DNA of 64,000 nucleotides from Nitrospirota bacterium. Lineage in GTDB: Bacteria; Nitrospirota; UBA9217. A program made the translations under genes and the position numbers. The stretch covers positions 1,984,001 to 2,048,000 of the forward strand of contig CAVTRN010000002.1 of NCBI GenBank assembly GCA_963737155.1, read 5' to 3'. Under the pieces are notes generated by a model. That model searched no databases. It was not told the origin of the DNA and saw only the letters and a program-made list of their open reading frames with translations. Of the stretch, positions 1-10,478 are shown piece by piece (the first letter of the stretch is position 1; each line of letters starts with the position of its first letter).

Positions 1-841
1 AAGGTAAATGCCAAGCAGATGGCGAAGCTTGCCAAAATAGTACGCGAGAAAAATCCGCTGCAAATGAAGTTTGAATACGCCCTGTGGACTCTGGCAATTA
101 TCCGTGAGTTGATACGACGTGACTTTGGCATCAAATTGAGTGAGGTCTCGGTGGGGCGACTGATGAGACGGCTTGGCTTTACTCCGCAACGCCCCCTGTA
201 TCGGGCTTGGCAGCAGAATCCTGTGCTGGTGGATCAATGGAAGACGGAAGAATACCCCAAGATCGCTGCGCGTGCCAAGCGAGAAGGCGCGCTGATATTC
301 TTTGCTGACGAATCGGGCGTCCGGTCGGACTACCACGCCGGTACGACGTGGGGAACCAAGGGGCAAACACCGATCGTGAAAGCTACTGGAGCACGCTACT
401 CGATGAATATGCTTTCTGCGGTGAATGCCTTGGGACATTTTCGTTTCATGACAGTCGACGGTCGTGTCAATGGCATCGTGTTTCGAGAGTTTTTGGAACG
501 GCTGATTACTAATATGGACAGAAAGGTTTTTTTGATTGTGGATAGCCATCCTGCCCATAAGTCCAAGTTGGTAAAACAGTTTATTGAGGATAACAGCAAG
601 AAAATCGAACTGTTCTTCCTGCCGCCTTATTCGCCAGAACTGAATCCTGACGAATTGGCGTGGGCTCATGTGAAGGCAAAAATTGCCAAAGCGACTACAC
701 AGACCAAGGTCGAGATGAAGTCCATGATCGGACGAGTGATGCGTCGATTGCAAAAGATGCCGGAAATTGTTGAGAGTTTCTTTCATGTGCCTACTTGTGC
801 GTACGCAAAATTATGAGGTTATACTAACGTAGTTCTTAGTA
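1..841 (+). mobile_element. IS630-family insertion sequence, left part outside the window
   Basis: Transposase ORF 19-816 followed by a short AT-rich end terminating in ...TTAGTA; the right boundary is approximate. Confidence 0.8.
19..816 (+). CDS. IS630-family DDE transposase (5'-truncated by window edge)
   Basis: Motifs FFADESG, LIVDSHPAH, LPPYSPELNPDE; N-terminal winged-helix segment YALWT...SVGRLMRRLGF. Confidence 0.93.
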   Translation: MAKLAKIVREKNPLQMKFEYALWTLAIIRELIRRDFGIKLSEVSVGRLMRRLGFTPQRPLYRAWQQNPVLVDQWKTEEYPKIAARAKREGALIFFADESGVRSDYHAGTTWGTKGQTPIVKATGARYSMNMLSAVNALGHFRFMTVDGRVNGIVFREFLERLITNMDRKVFLIVDSHPAHKSKLVKQFIEDNSKKIELFFLPPYSPELNPDELAWAHVKAKIAKATTQTKVEMKSMIGRVMRRLQKMPEIVESFFHVPTCAYAKL

Positions 842-914
842 ACACAGTAATTATAACTGGCGATAATGAGTTCCTTTTAAACGACTAATTTATTTTTAAC
901 TGTGAATTAAGATT

Positions 915-970
915 TCTTAATGGTCTAAAAAGTCTGAACAATTCACTGCGTACTGGGTTGTTTCACCATC
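915..970 (-). mobile_element. IS630 right-end scar
   Basis: Minus strand reads DGETTQYA followed by a degenerate terminal IR resembling the end of the IS630 at 36814-37932 (NETTKYAA*). Confidence 0.5.
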
Positions 971-1597
971 TACCTATTGCCGATGCTAAAACCGTCAGCG
1001 AGCCGGCCATCCTTTTACAACTATGGCGTAAATTATGTAAAGGAGATATGATTCTAGTTACGATCATTAAATGAAGGTTCGGTCGTTGGACAAGCACCTC
1101 TTTCGCTAAATATGTGGATTTTTTTTGGATAACGAATCCATATTTTTTCTTTGAGATGCAATTCCTGTAGCTTGCTACAAGGTCAAATTAGAGAGAGGAG
1201 AGCACGAGAAGCCGCAGGCTTTCATATGATAACCATTTCATGGATGCCACGCAGCTCGCTGTGAGGATATTTTTTACGTATGGTTCCAAGGTTTAATCCT
1301 TATTGAATTGGCTATAAATATCACATCAGACTTATCGAATAAGTTGTAAACAACGATGAGTGAAAATAGCAATTGAAAATGAGCCGTCGATGCAACTCTA
1401 AATCAGCGTAATGGCTATGCCAGCATGCGAGACATTTCTTTAAAAGCTGATTTTTCATCCACAGATTCAGATGAGGAGCCTTATAATTTATCTTATTTTA
1501 TCCGGCGAAACTGCAAATTCCCATACTAAAAGCTATAGCGCATAGGTTTTTATTAATATGCGGTCATAGATCATAATGGTCTAAATATATCTAGTTA

Positions 1598-2794
1598 TTA
1601 TAATACTGTTAACAATAGACTTGTAATCCGGTCAATCTCTTCTTCGGTCAATTCTGGGTTATTGGGAAAATAAAAACCATGATTGTGGATAAAATCTGCT
1701 TCAGGCAGATTCCATGTGGAATCATTATACTTACTGAAAAAAGGTTGCCTTGCCATGTTGCCACCAACTATAGGACGAATTTCAATACCGTTCTTTTTAA
1801 ACGCTTCTCGACATTTTATGAAATCATCAACCCCTCTGCAGATAACAGGGTAGGCGAAATTAGAAATAACGTCTAGGTGATCGCATTTGAAAGGCAATAT
1901 ATGCGGATTTCCGATGGCGGCATTGTAAAACCGACCAAAATTGGATTCTCGTTTATCAATGATAGTCTGTGCTACTTCCATCTGTAAAAGACCTAAAAAT
2001 CCGGTAATCTCCGTGGGGCGCAAGTTGAAACCCAAATCATAGAACGTATAGAGATCATAAAAGGAATCAACTTGAAAGCGTTCACGCAATTGATTTTGAA
2101 CTTCCGGGGTTGAACTGCGATCCCACCCATGGGCCCGAACAATTTTCAACATTTCGTATAACTGCTGGTCGTTAGTGCAGACCATGCCTCCTTCAATAGT
2201 TGAAAGATGGTGACCAACATATGTAGAGAAAGTAGAAGCAAACCCAAAGTTACCTAATTTCCGTCCCTGATAGATTGATCCAAAAGATTCACAGTTATCT
2301 TCGAGCAAGAGAATTCCCCGGCTGTCGCAAATAGCAGCAATCGACTCCAAGTCGCTACAGAAACCAAGTATATGTGAGATAAAAAAAGCCTTAATATCTG
2401 GTTGTTGGCGAAGCGTTGCCAAGAGGTTCCCCGACCCGACGTTCAAAGTCTCTCGCTCAATGTCTACAGGTATAGGCACGAGTCCTAGTTGCATAAGCGG
2501 CATAACGTTTGTAGACCACGTGACAGCAGAGAAGGCAACTTTGTCTCCTCGGTTCAAATGACCCAAATTAAGAAGTGCTTGGATCAGAGCAAGATTCGCT
2601 GAGCTGCCACTATTGTAAAGAGCAGTAAAATTACGTCCTTGAAAAGAGGAAAAGGCATCTTCGAAAGTACTACACTGTTCTCCCATACTGAGACGGGTAG
2701 AACTCATAATAAAGTCTGCCAAGCGTCTTTTAATTTCATGCTCACCATAAAATGTTGATTTGATAAGGCTGATCGTTTCCAGGTTTGTTTTCAT
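1598..2794 (-). CDS. DegT/DnrJ/EryC1/StrS-family PLP enzyme, ColD-like NDP-4-keto-6-deoxyhexose 3-dehydratase
   Basis: NSGSSANL, EDNCES, FSTYVGHHLSTIEGG (His at the usual Schiff-base Lys position), RAHGWDR. Confidence 0.8.
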   Translation of the reverse strand: MKTNLETISLIKSTFYGEHEIKRRLADFIMSSTRLSMGEQCSTFEDAFSSFQGRNFTALYNSGSSANLALIQALLNLGHLNRGDKVAFSAVTWSTNVMPLMQLGLVPIPVDIERETLNVGSGNLLATLRQQPDIKAFFISHILGFCSDLESIAAICDSRGILLLEDNCESFGSIYQGRKLGNFGFASTFSTYVGHHLSTIEGGMVCTNDQQLYEMLKIVRAHGWDRSSTPEVQNQLRERFQVDSFYDLYTFYDLGFNLRPTEITGFLGLLQMEVAQTIIDKRESNFGRFYNAAIGNPHILPFKCDHLDVISNFAYPVICRGVDDFIKCREAFKKNGIEIRPIVGGNMARQPFFSKYNDSTWNLPEADFIHNHGFYFPNNPELTEEEIDRITSLLLTVL

Positions 2795-3741
2795 TGGCTC
2801 CCTCTATCGTCATGACAAGCTTTTATATTTTTTATCCTGAATAATAATTTTATATATTGTTTCAATTTGGCTCTAAAGGAATAGGAAAATAGTTTTCGCG
2901 TAGCATCAACTATTCTAGGGTCAACTTTCAAGTTAGATGGTAAAGTGAACGTATTTTCCCATTCAGTAAGTTTGCTCTGCAAATATTCGTTTTCTGTACC
3001 GCAGTGAACGCCGGTGCCATCAAAACCAATATTTATAACTAAGTTACCGACAGGGGCGACTGAAAGCAATCCCAGTTTAAAACAAGAATAGTCGAAGCGT
3101 ATAGACCAGGAATCCATTGCTCCTGCCATTTGCATGTCCAACATCGAAGACATGTCTGGACCTGCAACGTTAAACTCCCTTCGTGCTCTACGATCATTCC
3201 TGAAATGATTATAGTCTTTTACATCCCAATCAATGCCACGCCACACTCGCCTCCATGTCCCCCACCCCCAGCTGCTATGACGATAGGTCAGATAGACTCG
3301 TTCCAAATAGTCAGGCGGTATAGAAAGCGGTAGGCTGTAACCAGAAACAGAGCTAATCTTTGGATTATCTTGGTAAATATTGAGCGCCTTATTCATAAAC
3401 GTCAGAAAACTTGGTGATGTGATAAGGTCGTCTTCAATGACAATTACTTTGTCGAATCTGTCTAAAATGTCTGATACTCCACTTATTATGGAATTTGCCA
3501 AGCCAAGATTTTGAACTTGTTCAACAATGTTAACTTGCGCGAACCCATTGACCGCTTTTAAGTATTGGCGAACCTCAGTAACCTTCTCCATATTGCTGGC
3601 GTTCTTCGGGCCATCGGAGAAAACAAAGAGTTCGCTCTGTTTTGCAAGTTGATTTTTTTGGAGTTCTTCTAATACCTTACGAATATGATCAGGACGATTA
3701 TATGCAAACAGTGCAATGGGCGCAATATTTTGCATATTCAA
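2791..3741 (-). CDS. GT-A fold glycosyltransferase (GT2-like)
   Basis: APIALFAYNRPDH, FSDGPK, VIEDD, SWGWGTW, NIGFDGTGVHC. Confidence 0.85.
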   Translation of the reverse strand: MNMQNIAPIALFAYNRPDHIRKVLEELQKNQLAKQSELFVFSDGPKNASNMEKVTEVRQYLKAVNGFAQVNIVEQVQNLGLANSIISGVSDILDRFDKVIVIEDDLITSPSFLTFMNKALNIYQDNPKISSVSGYSLPLSIPPDYLERVYLTYRHSSWGWGTWRRVWRGIDWDVKDYNHFRNDRRARREFNVAGPDMSSMLDMQMAGAMDSWSIRFDYSCFKLGLLSVAPVGNLVINIGFDGTGVHCGTENEYLQSKLTEWENTFTLPSNLKVDPRIVDATRKLFSYSFRAKLKQYIKLLFRIKNIKACHDDRGSQ

Positions 3742-4349
3742 TTCTTAAATGCATCAACAATCAGTGAAGTATAGTTGAGATTACCATCTTTGTTTCTTTC
3801 ATCAAAGCGGCTTGAACGTATAATCAAACCGTCAGTTGAATCCCATTTTTCATAATGGAAAAGATGGTTTTCATCAAAATACTCTAATAACCGTACCTCA
3901 AATCCGACTGATTGCAGCAATTTGGTTAGCGTTAAATAGTTGTACAATACTTTATGATCATCAGAGCCAAGCCCTGAACCACCAGGATTTACTGATTTTA
4001 TGTAATTGTCAGAAAAATGATACCCGTCAGGAACCGCAATACGTAAATATCCCTTCGGTTTAAGGAACCGGAAACAGTTCTGCGCCGCCAGAAAAGCATC
4101 TTCCTTTGTGAGATGTTCCCAAACGTGTTCAGCAAGTATTGCGTCTATCGAGTCTTGACAAAAATACTTCTCCCAATTTCTACGGATTAATAAATTGAGA
4201 TTTTGAATATCTGTCGGATACCATCCTTGTTGATACACACCAGATGCACCAATTACGAGCTTAATCGATCTATTCCGAATAAATAATCGTAAGTTAATAT
4301 CCTGACAAACAACATTTAGTCGATGCTTTACTGAAGCTAAAATTGACAT
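3738..4349 (-). CDS. Class I SAM-dependent methyltransferase
   Basis: KLVIGAS, AILAEHVWEHL, LKPKGYLRIAVPD. Confidence 0.8.
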   Translation of the reverse strand: MSILASVKHRLNVVCQDINLRLFIRNRSIKLVIGASGVYQQGWYPTDIQNLNLLIRRNWEKYFCQDSIDAILAEHVWEHLTKEDAFLAAQNCFRFLKPKGYLRIAVPDGYHFSDNYIKSVNPGGSGLGSDDHKVLYNYLTLTKLLQSVGFEVRLLEYFDENHLFHYEKWDSTDGLIIRSSRFDERNKDGNLNYTSLIVDAFKN

Positions 4350-4359
4350 ATTAATATCC

Positions 4360-4829
4360 CTATATACCCAGTATATGGTTTTTATCTCTAGAAAATGGAG
4401 GTTTCCGATTTAACATTAATAATGGGGCACATTCCAATGAACTCTATTTTATTAAAACCATTTGCAGAAGATATTCAATGCTTTCTCCATATTATTCTTG
4501 ATCACAGTTATCTAAAATTATGACATCTCCTGATGTCAAAGTCGCAAACGAATTTTTAACAAATTATTAACGGTCTCAAAATAGTCTGAACATTAAGCAG
4601 CGTACTTTGTTGTTTCGCCATTAAAGTAGGCTTGCACACGATCCCTCTTTTTTTAGGTAATCGATGGCGGATAAGTTATCCAAGGTAAAGGCTTACCTTC
4701 AGAATCAACGAAAATATTTTTTTGGAAACTTTTAAACCAGCCATCTTCTCTGAGAGACAGCGAATAAATTCCTAATTTATTCGCTATGATATTTATAGAT
4801 CACTTAATAGTCTTTTGAAAATAACTCAT
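4360..4829 (-). pseudogene. Degraded FkbM-like methyltransferase interrupted by an IS630 scar and a deletion
   Basis: Fragments DSEGKPLPWITYP and DVIILDNCDQE...IEFIGMCPIINVKSETSIF with stops; ATG overlaps the wzx stop. Confidence 0.6.
4565..4643 (-). mobile_element. IS630 right-end scar
   Basis: Minus strand DRVQAYFNGETTKYAA* plus IR TGTTCAGACTATTTTGAGACCGTTAATA, close to the end of the IS630 at 37850-37932. Confidence 0.8.
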
Positions 4830-6187
4830 TACCAGATTTTTGGATAAATAATAGATTTTGTCAGCATAACACCCGTCCTGAACATCGGCTTATACAGAAA
4901 ACAAGAACCATGAGCAGCAAACCAATAGGCTACGCACGTAGCAATTGCGGCTCCCATTCCGCCGTAGCGTGGGATAAGGACAATGTTGAGCAATACATTC
5001 ACAATAGAACCTAAAAAAACAGTTAAAAAATGCACACGTGTCCAGTTCATCGATATAAGAAAGGAGCTTCGCGCGACGCCTAAATTAACAAATAGTCCGG
5101 CCCATATAAGCACTGCCAGCATAGGCCCAGCTTTCGAATATGAAACACCAAAAAGAATTTCGACTAATGGAACAGAAAAAAAGGTTACCGGGATCGCAAT
5201 AATATACCCAAATAGTGACATTGCATTATAAAGTTTTTGTAAACGCTCAAAAAAGAGTGTTTGGTTTTCATGAAGAACAGACACTAAACTTGGGAAAGTA
5301 GAGGATACAATAGCCATGGGTATAAAGTACCATAGCTCGGAGAGGCGGACAGCAACAGAATAGACTCCAACTTCACTTGGCCCAACTATTTCACCAATCA
5401 TTATCTGGTCTATCCGCATATATACCATTATGACTATTCCAGAAAAAATAAGGGGCCAGCTATCTAGAATTAGTTTTTTACCTACTTCATAGCTTCTTCT
5501 CCAAGAAGAAACCAATCCGCCACTTATACGATAAGCAAGCAAAAGCCCTAGTGATCCCATCACTATTTCAATTGTCGCGACCCATGCAAAATAAATGAGC
5601 GGTGCTTTTATAACAATTAACACGATCTTAATTAATGAACTAGCAATATAGGCGCTATTTTTTGCATAAACAGTATACTTAGATCGTACTTGAGACTGAA
5701 AAGACAAGTCAATGACATCAACAGCCTGAAATATTGTGCCTAGTGACGTTATTCCCACGAGCCAATGCATAAGGTGGTCGTTTGGTCGTAGAACCAGGAT
5801 TGCTGTCATAGTTAATATAAAAGCAGCCAATCCACCGCACAATTTAAGAATAAAGGCACTTCCAAGGATTACTTCTTTGTATTCTGGTTCTTTAACTATA
5901 TCTCTAATAACGATGCCATCAAGCCCAAGTGATGCAATTGCCGAGAAAAGAGCAACAAAAGCTCCAGAATAGCTTAAAAGGCCATACTGTGCAGGTTTTA
6001 AATATCGGGCAACCCAAACACCAATAAAAAGGCCACCCACCAAACGCAGAAACCGATCAAAAAAAAGCCAGCCTGTATTTGCGATGATATTCTGCAGGCC
6101 GCGACGTCCTTTCAATCGTTGAAGGAGAAATGATGGCAAATATTGATCAACCTGCACTTTGAACCGTCCTTCGCCTCTTTTCGACAT
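4829..6187 (-). CDS. wzx: O-antigen/polysaccharide flippase
   Basis: Multi-TM protein with NTGWLFFDR, VARYL...YG, IDQIMIG...VGVYSVAVRL, LIPRYGGMGAAIAT. Confidence 0.9.
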   Translation of the reverse strand: MSKRGEGRFKVQVDQYLPSFLLQRLKGRRGLQNIIANTGWLFFDRFLRLVGGLFIGVWVARYLKPAQYGLLSYSGAFVALFSAIASLGLDGIVIRDIVKEPEYKEVILGSAFILKLCGGLAAFILTMTAILVLRPNDHLMHWLVGITSLGTIFQAVDVIDLSFQSQVRSKYTVYAKNSAYIASSLIKIVLIVIKAPLIYFAWVATIEIVMGSLGLLLAYRISGGLVSSWRRSYEVGKKLILDSWPLIFSGIVIMVYMRIDQIMIGEIVGPSEVGVYSVAVRLSELWYFIPMAIVSSTFPSLVSVLHENQTLFFERLQKLYNAMSLFGYIIAIPVTFFSVPLVEILFGVSYSKAGPMLAVLIWAGLFVNLGVARSSFLISMNWTRVHFLTVFLGSIVNVLLNIVLIPRYGGMGAAIATCVAYWFAAHGSCFLYKPMFRTGVMLTKSIIYPKIW

Positions 6188-6289
6188 TTCGATGGTGTAT
6201 GAAGCACCGATTTAACATTCTATCTTATTGTTAAATAGCAAAAAATGCGGTTTTCAATAGTTTTCTCGTCGATTGGTCTGTTTCAATCT

Positions 6290-6990
6290 ATTTCAGCGGC
6301 CCGGTTTTTGGGACTTCGCGGTTCACCACGTCCTCACCGGGAAGTGGCTTCAAATCCTGAAATCCTGATCAGTCCGGATTACACTCGGCCTGCGTTGATC
6401 GGCTTTTTCTTTCGTCGTGGCATTACTGAGGCAAGGTGAGTCACTCCTCCACCGCCCTTGATTGCTAAAAGCAGCTTTCTCGCATAACCGCTGCTCAGGA
6501 TCTAAAACAAGCGATGAAGAGTTTGCCTTGACTTCTGCCAGATGTCTTTCCAACCCCAATTGTTCTTAGCCTGATTGAGCATGCTCTCAATCGGCGCTCA
6601 CCTAGCATATATCCAGATGGCGCCAGATGCCGAGTCAAATTAGAGGCAAGGATCAGCCGGTCCTTCGGCATGCTATCCCTATCGTCTTCGATGGACGATT
6701 AGACTGCGATGACGTGTTGTTCAGATACTGTAGTTGGTGGATTAGTGGCATTTCATCGGTAAACCAGATAAGTCTGAATGACAAACTCGGTCTCGTCGAG
6801 CATGATGCTAATCAAGAGTTCAATGAATATGGGCACCAACCGAAGCGGTAACACCTCGACCAAATACGTGCTAACGTGGAACAGAACATGACGAATGTCG
6901 GTGCATTCTAACGAGTTCAAAATGGCAGCCTCCGGAAGATTTAAATGAACATCTATTTCCGGATGCCCATACTGACTGTCATGTAAAGTA
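6290..6990 (-). mobile_element. Highly degenerate, internally deleted DDE transposase remnant (IS701-like)
   Basis: Fragments LPLRLVPIFIELLISIML (N-terminal-like) and PIESMLNQAKNNWGWKDIWQKSRQTLHR...HFPVRTW (C-terminal-like) with stops and frameshifts. Confidence 0.5.
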
Positions 6991-7715
6991 TTTTTTATAT
7001 TTTTATAAACTTTTTTTGAAAACATTTCCTCCGCGTGAGGATTATGACAGTCTAACGTATATCTCTTGTTTGTAATTTATTGTTTTGATATGGCTCCGCC
7101 CCGTCAGTCACATTCAACAAATCAAGAATATGCCGATGAACGGTATGCGATGGCTTCTATTGAATCGCTTGGTTCTAAACGCGCCTGTCTAAATTCAGGT
7201 GCATCTTAATCATGGTGCTTTAAAAACTGATACTCTTCATATTTGTATTGATAGTCAATTCTTCCCAGATTGAGTGGTATAGCAATTACGATTTGAATGC
7301 GCGAGATACTCGCCTATGCTGGAGGACTGTAGCTGGTGTGGACGAAGAGATAGCAAAGGAAGAGGGAAATTGGTATTCGTTGCTGTCTGTTCTAAGCGCA
7401 CTAATACGTTCCATCGAGGGAAGACTGCATCGTGCCGTTACCCTCGTCATCCGTTCGAACACCAGAAATTTTGGTAGTCCATGCACACAGGCGGGACGCC
7501 GACGTTTCTGATCATAAATGTTTTCGTTTTGAAGATTTTAGATAATAAAGCAATACCTTTTTATTATCCGTTATTATATAGAATGACAATTAAAATGTAA
7601 AGAAAATAAATTAAAATATAGACTTGCAACTCTCCAAAAGATTTGAGGAAAAATGGAAGCAGGCTCGATTATTCAATTGGATAACTGTTATTGGAATAAG
7701 ATCCCAATGCCTACG

Positions 7716-9074
7716 TTATAAACGGACTTCAATACCTAATCCTGAGATGATTTCATCCCGTCTGGTTCCGGGATGGATGTCGAACAGCGTTGGGTCGGTG
7801 CTCAAATTCAAATTCCGGTAATGGTTATAAATCAGGTCGGCGAAAAGTGTAAGGGTTTTTGAGAATCTGTACGATGGCTTTATGCCGACTTCGTATCTAA
7901 ATTGCGGTGGTGGAAAAGCAGCAGCATCATTTTGCTGTTCACCCTGCCGCTCCTGGTCATAGAATAATTTCGTATTCCATGGATTATCATGAACATCAAA
8001 TTCAAAATACAGATCGTCGGCCAAATTACCGGCAGAATCGCCCATTATAACTCCTTCCCGGACATTTGTTATATTGTACCAAGGTACAGTGTTAATATTA
8101 TTGGCATATTCAAAATGAAATTCTGTGTTTTCCGTGCTCAATGCTAGTCCGGCACGCCACGCTGTATTCATTAATACAATCCCCAATCCTTTCCATGCGA
8201 GACCTCGGTCGACAGTCTTCCACCAAGCGTAATAATCGTCGAATGCATACTCGCCATAGATTTTTCCGCCTGTAAAGAAAGAAATATCGGCCAGAAACGG
8301 CATATCAATGGCAAGATCGAAGCTACACTTCGTGGAGCTAGTTCCCGCTTCGGCTCCGGTCGTAGAAAAAAATACACCAGGATATTCGTATAGAGCATAG
8401 TGTTTCGTTTCCGGGATATAGACGACTTCATTGAATCCCAATTGGACAATGGACGTTGGTAACCAGGTCAGGCTCTGGCCGAGCAGGCTTGAATTATCCG
8501 ACCATCCGCGAAATATGTCGTACTTAAAATCACCGAGCGACGATAAAAACCAGGGAAATCTGAATGGTTCATCCGTCTTGACCCTGGCTAAAAGGAAGTC
8601 GTCGGCATTGTCCGACAGCAAAAAAGATCCGTGATATCCCACCCCGACCCAGATCGAGTCCCGACCGACTTCCCAGGACCAGATGCCCGTCTTCAGTACT
8701 CCAAAGACTTTCTTGATCGTGGGCTCAGCGTTCAGAAATTCCGCCTTGTAATAAACCGAAAATCGATCGTCGTATTTCGCGCCGCCTTCGATATCGGTAA
8801 ATAAATTGTAATCTTCTTTCAGGCATCTGCCTTCCTCATTGGCAAAGCAATAGACGTGTTTTGACGCGTCGGGATCGTAAATTCCTTCAATGGTGATTTT
8901 ATCGATTGGTTTTATGACAAAAGGACTGCTGACCGGCATTGATTCTCCTGTGACATTAATATTTTCAATGGGTTCATCGGCGCGAGCAGTTGGCGGCACC
9001 ATAAGCAGGATAAGTACGACTAACATTGATAGAAAGACTGACCGAGCAGGTGTTATCTTATTCTCTATCTTCAA
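7716..9074 (-). CDS. wzi: Capsule assembly Wzi-family outer-membrane beta-barrel
   Basis: Signal peptide; EVGRDSIWVGVGYHGSFLLSDNA motif; aromatic-rich beta strands. Confidence 0.7.
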   Translation of the reverse strand: MKIENKITPARSVFLSMLVVLILLMVPPTARADEPIENINVTGESMPVSSPFVIKPIDKITIEGIYDPDASKHVYCFANEEGRCLKEDYNLFTDIEGGAKYDDRFSVYYKAEFLNAEPTIKKVFGVLKTGIWSWEVGRDSIWVGVGYHGSFLLSDNADDFLLARVKTDEPFRFPWFLSSLGDFKYDIFRGWSDNSSLLGQSLTWLPTSIVQLGFNEVVYIPETKHYALYEYPGVFFSTTGAEAGTSSTKCSFDLAIDMPFLADISFFTGGKIYGEYAFDDYYAWWKTVDRGLAWKGLGIVLMNTAWRAGLALSTENTEFHFEYANNINTVPWYNITNVREGVIMGDSAGNLADDLYFEFDVHDNPWNTKLFYDQERQGEQQNDAAAFPPPQFRYEVGIKPSYRFSKTLTLFADLIYNHYRNLNLSTDPTLFDIHPGTRRDEIISGLGIEVRL

Positions 9075-9257
9075 AACTTTCTCCGTGGTCCAAGTTTCTT
9101 ATTAACCGTTTGATCCATCTGAAAAGTCGATATTTCAGCTTGTTCAAAGCGTTATTGTTGAATAATGCCTTTAAAAAAGATAGATTCCGAACAAACCGGA
9201 ATACTGACAATAAAAAAGAAAAACACGGTTTTATCTAATAAAGTTGGCGAAAAATAC

Positions 9258-9866
9258 TTAATGATTCCGCCCTATTTTCGACTCCGTGCCGGCCAGCAGT
9301 CTTTTGATATTGTCGCGATGACGGTAATAGATCGTGGCGAATACAAACAGGGAGAGAGCACGATAAGGAATGTCTTCCTGCGATGATGTCGCGAATGTCA
9401 TGAGCGGGTATGATGCAAAAGCGATCAGCGCAGCCAATGAAGAATAGCGCCAGATGACTGCAGCCGCAAGCCACACGAGGAGTGCGATCAAGCCGATCAA
9501 GGGCGCAATCGCAAGCATGACTCCGAAGCCAGTGGCTACGCCCTTTCCACCTTTAAACTTCAGATAAACCGGATAGTTATGCCCTAGGATCGCGGCGGCG
9601 CCCGACAGCGTAGCTAGCGTTACATTATTGAAGTGAGAGCGAACGATGAATACTGGAAGAAACCCCTTGAGCCCATCGGCCAACAGGGTCAGGACGGCCG
9701 CTTTTTTCCCGGCTGCGCGAAGAACGTTCGTCGCCCCGATATTCCCACTTCCGACCGTACGAACGTCCACCCCCGATAATATTTTGGAAAACAGGAGTCC
9801 AAACGGCACGGCGCCGATAAGATAGGAAAGGAAAACCACGGAAATCGCGTTTAGTTCGAAGTTCAT
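9258..9866 (-). CDS. plsY: Glycerol-3-phosphate acyltransferase PlsY
   Basis: YLIGAVPFG, GSGNIGATNVLR, GHNYP...FKGGKGVAT, RHRDNIKRLLAGTE. Confidence 0.96.
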   Translation of the reverse strand: MNFELNAISVVFLSYLIGAVPFGLLFSKILSGVDVRTVGSGNIGATNVLRAAGKKAAVLTLLADGLKGFLPVFIVRSHFNNVTLATLSGAAAILGHNYPVYLKFKGGKGVATGFGVMLAIAPLIGLIALLVWLAAAVIWRYSSLAALIAFASYPLMTFATSSQEDIPYRALSLFVFATIYYRHRDNIKRLLAGTESKIGRNH

Positions 9867-9923
9867 AGTTCAGGGTAGTGAATTCAGGTTTTCAGGCCCA
9901 GCGTCAAAAGTCCGAGAGGAATC

Positions 9924-10478
9924 TCATTGATTATCCAGTTGGGTCCAATAGCGCATAAAATATGTGACGGCCGAGTAGACCGCCAGAACCATTGCGACCC
10001 AGAGGGCGATGATCCCCAGATATCTCAGCAATTCATGGGACATATAATAATCCAGAAGCAGCGACAAAACCGCCGTGATCTGTGCACCGACTTTATATTT
10101 GCCCACGGACTCAGCCGGGATGACGATGCCTTCGCTGGATGCTATCGCTCGAAGACCGGTTACTGCGAATTCCCTGCCGATAAGCACGATAGCTATCCAG
10201 GCGTGTACCTCCTTCGGACGAATCTCAACAAGAACGACCAGTGCGGCCATGATCAGTATTTTATCGGCGATCGGGTCGAGCAGCTTGCCAACTTTAGTCA
10301 CCTGACCCCATTTCCGTGCGAGGTATCCATCGAGCCAATCAGTGGCGGAAGCAAGGGAAAAAACGATTCCGGCGGCTAGCGCGCGGATGGGGGTGGGTTC
10401 AAGCATGAGCACAATGAACACTGGCACCGATAAAATCCGGCTAAGGGAGAGCATATTCGGAACGTTGAAAATTTTCAC
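9924..10478 (-). CDS. pgsA: CDP-diacylglycerol--glycerol-3-phosphate 3-phosphatidyltransferase
   Basis: NVPNMLSLSRI, DWLDGYLARKWGQVTKVGKLLDPIADK; GTG start overlapping the lpxL stop preferred over 10514. Confidence 0.95.
   Translation of the reverse strand: MKIFNVPNMLSLSRILSVPVFIVLMLEPTPIRALAAGIVFSLASATDWLDGYLARKWGQVTKVGKLLDPIADKILIMAALVVLVEIRPKEVHAWIAIVLIGREFAVTGLRAIASSEGIVIPAESVGKYKVGAQITAVLSLLLDYYMSHELLRYLGIIALWVAMVLAVYSAVTYFMRYWTQLDNQ

Noticed and set aside
1230-1270. GGATGCCACGCAGCTCGCTGTGAGG, resembling an IS200/IS605 end hairpin
   Set aside because: Too short and degenerate to support.
7030-7700. Short ORFs and a possible ops/JUMPStart element upstream of the O-antigen genes
   Set aside because: No family motifs and no GGCGGTAG match.
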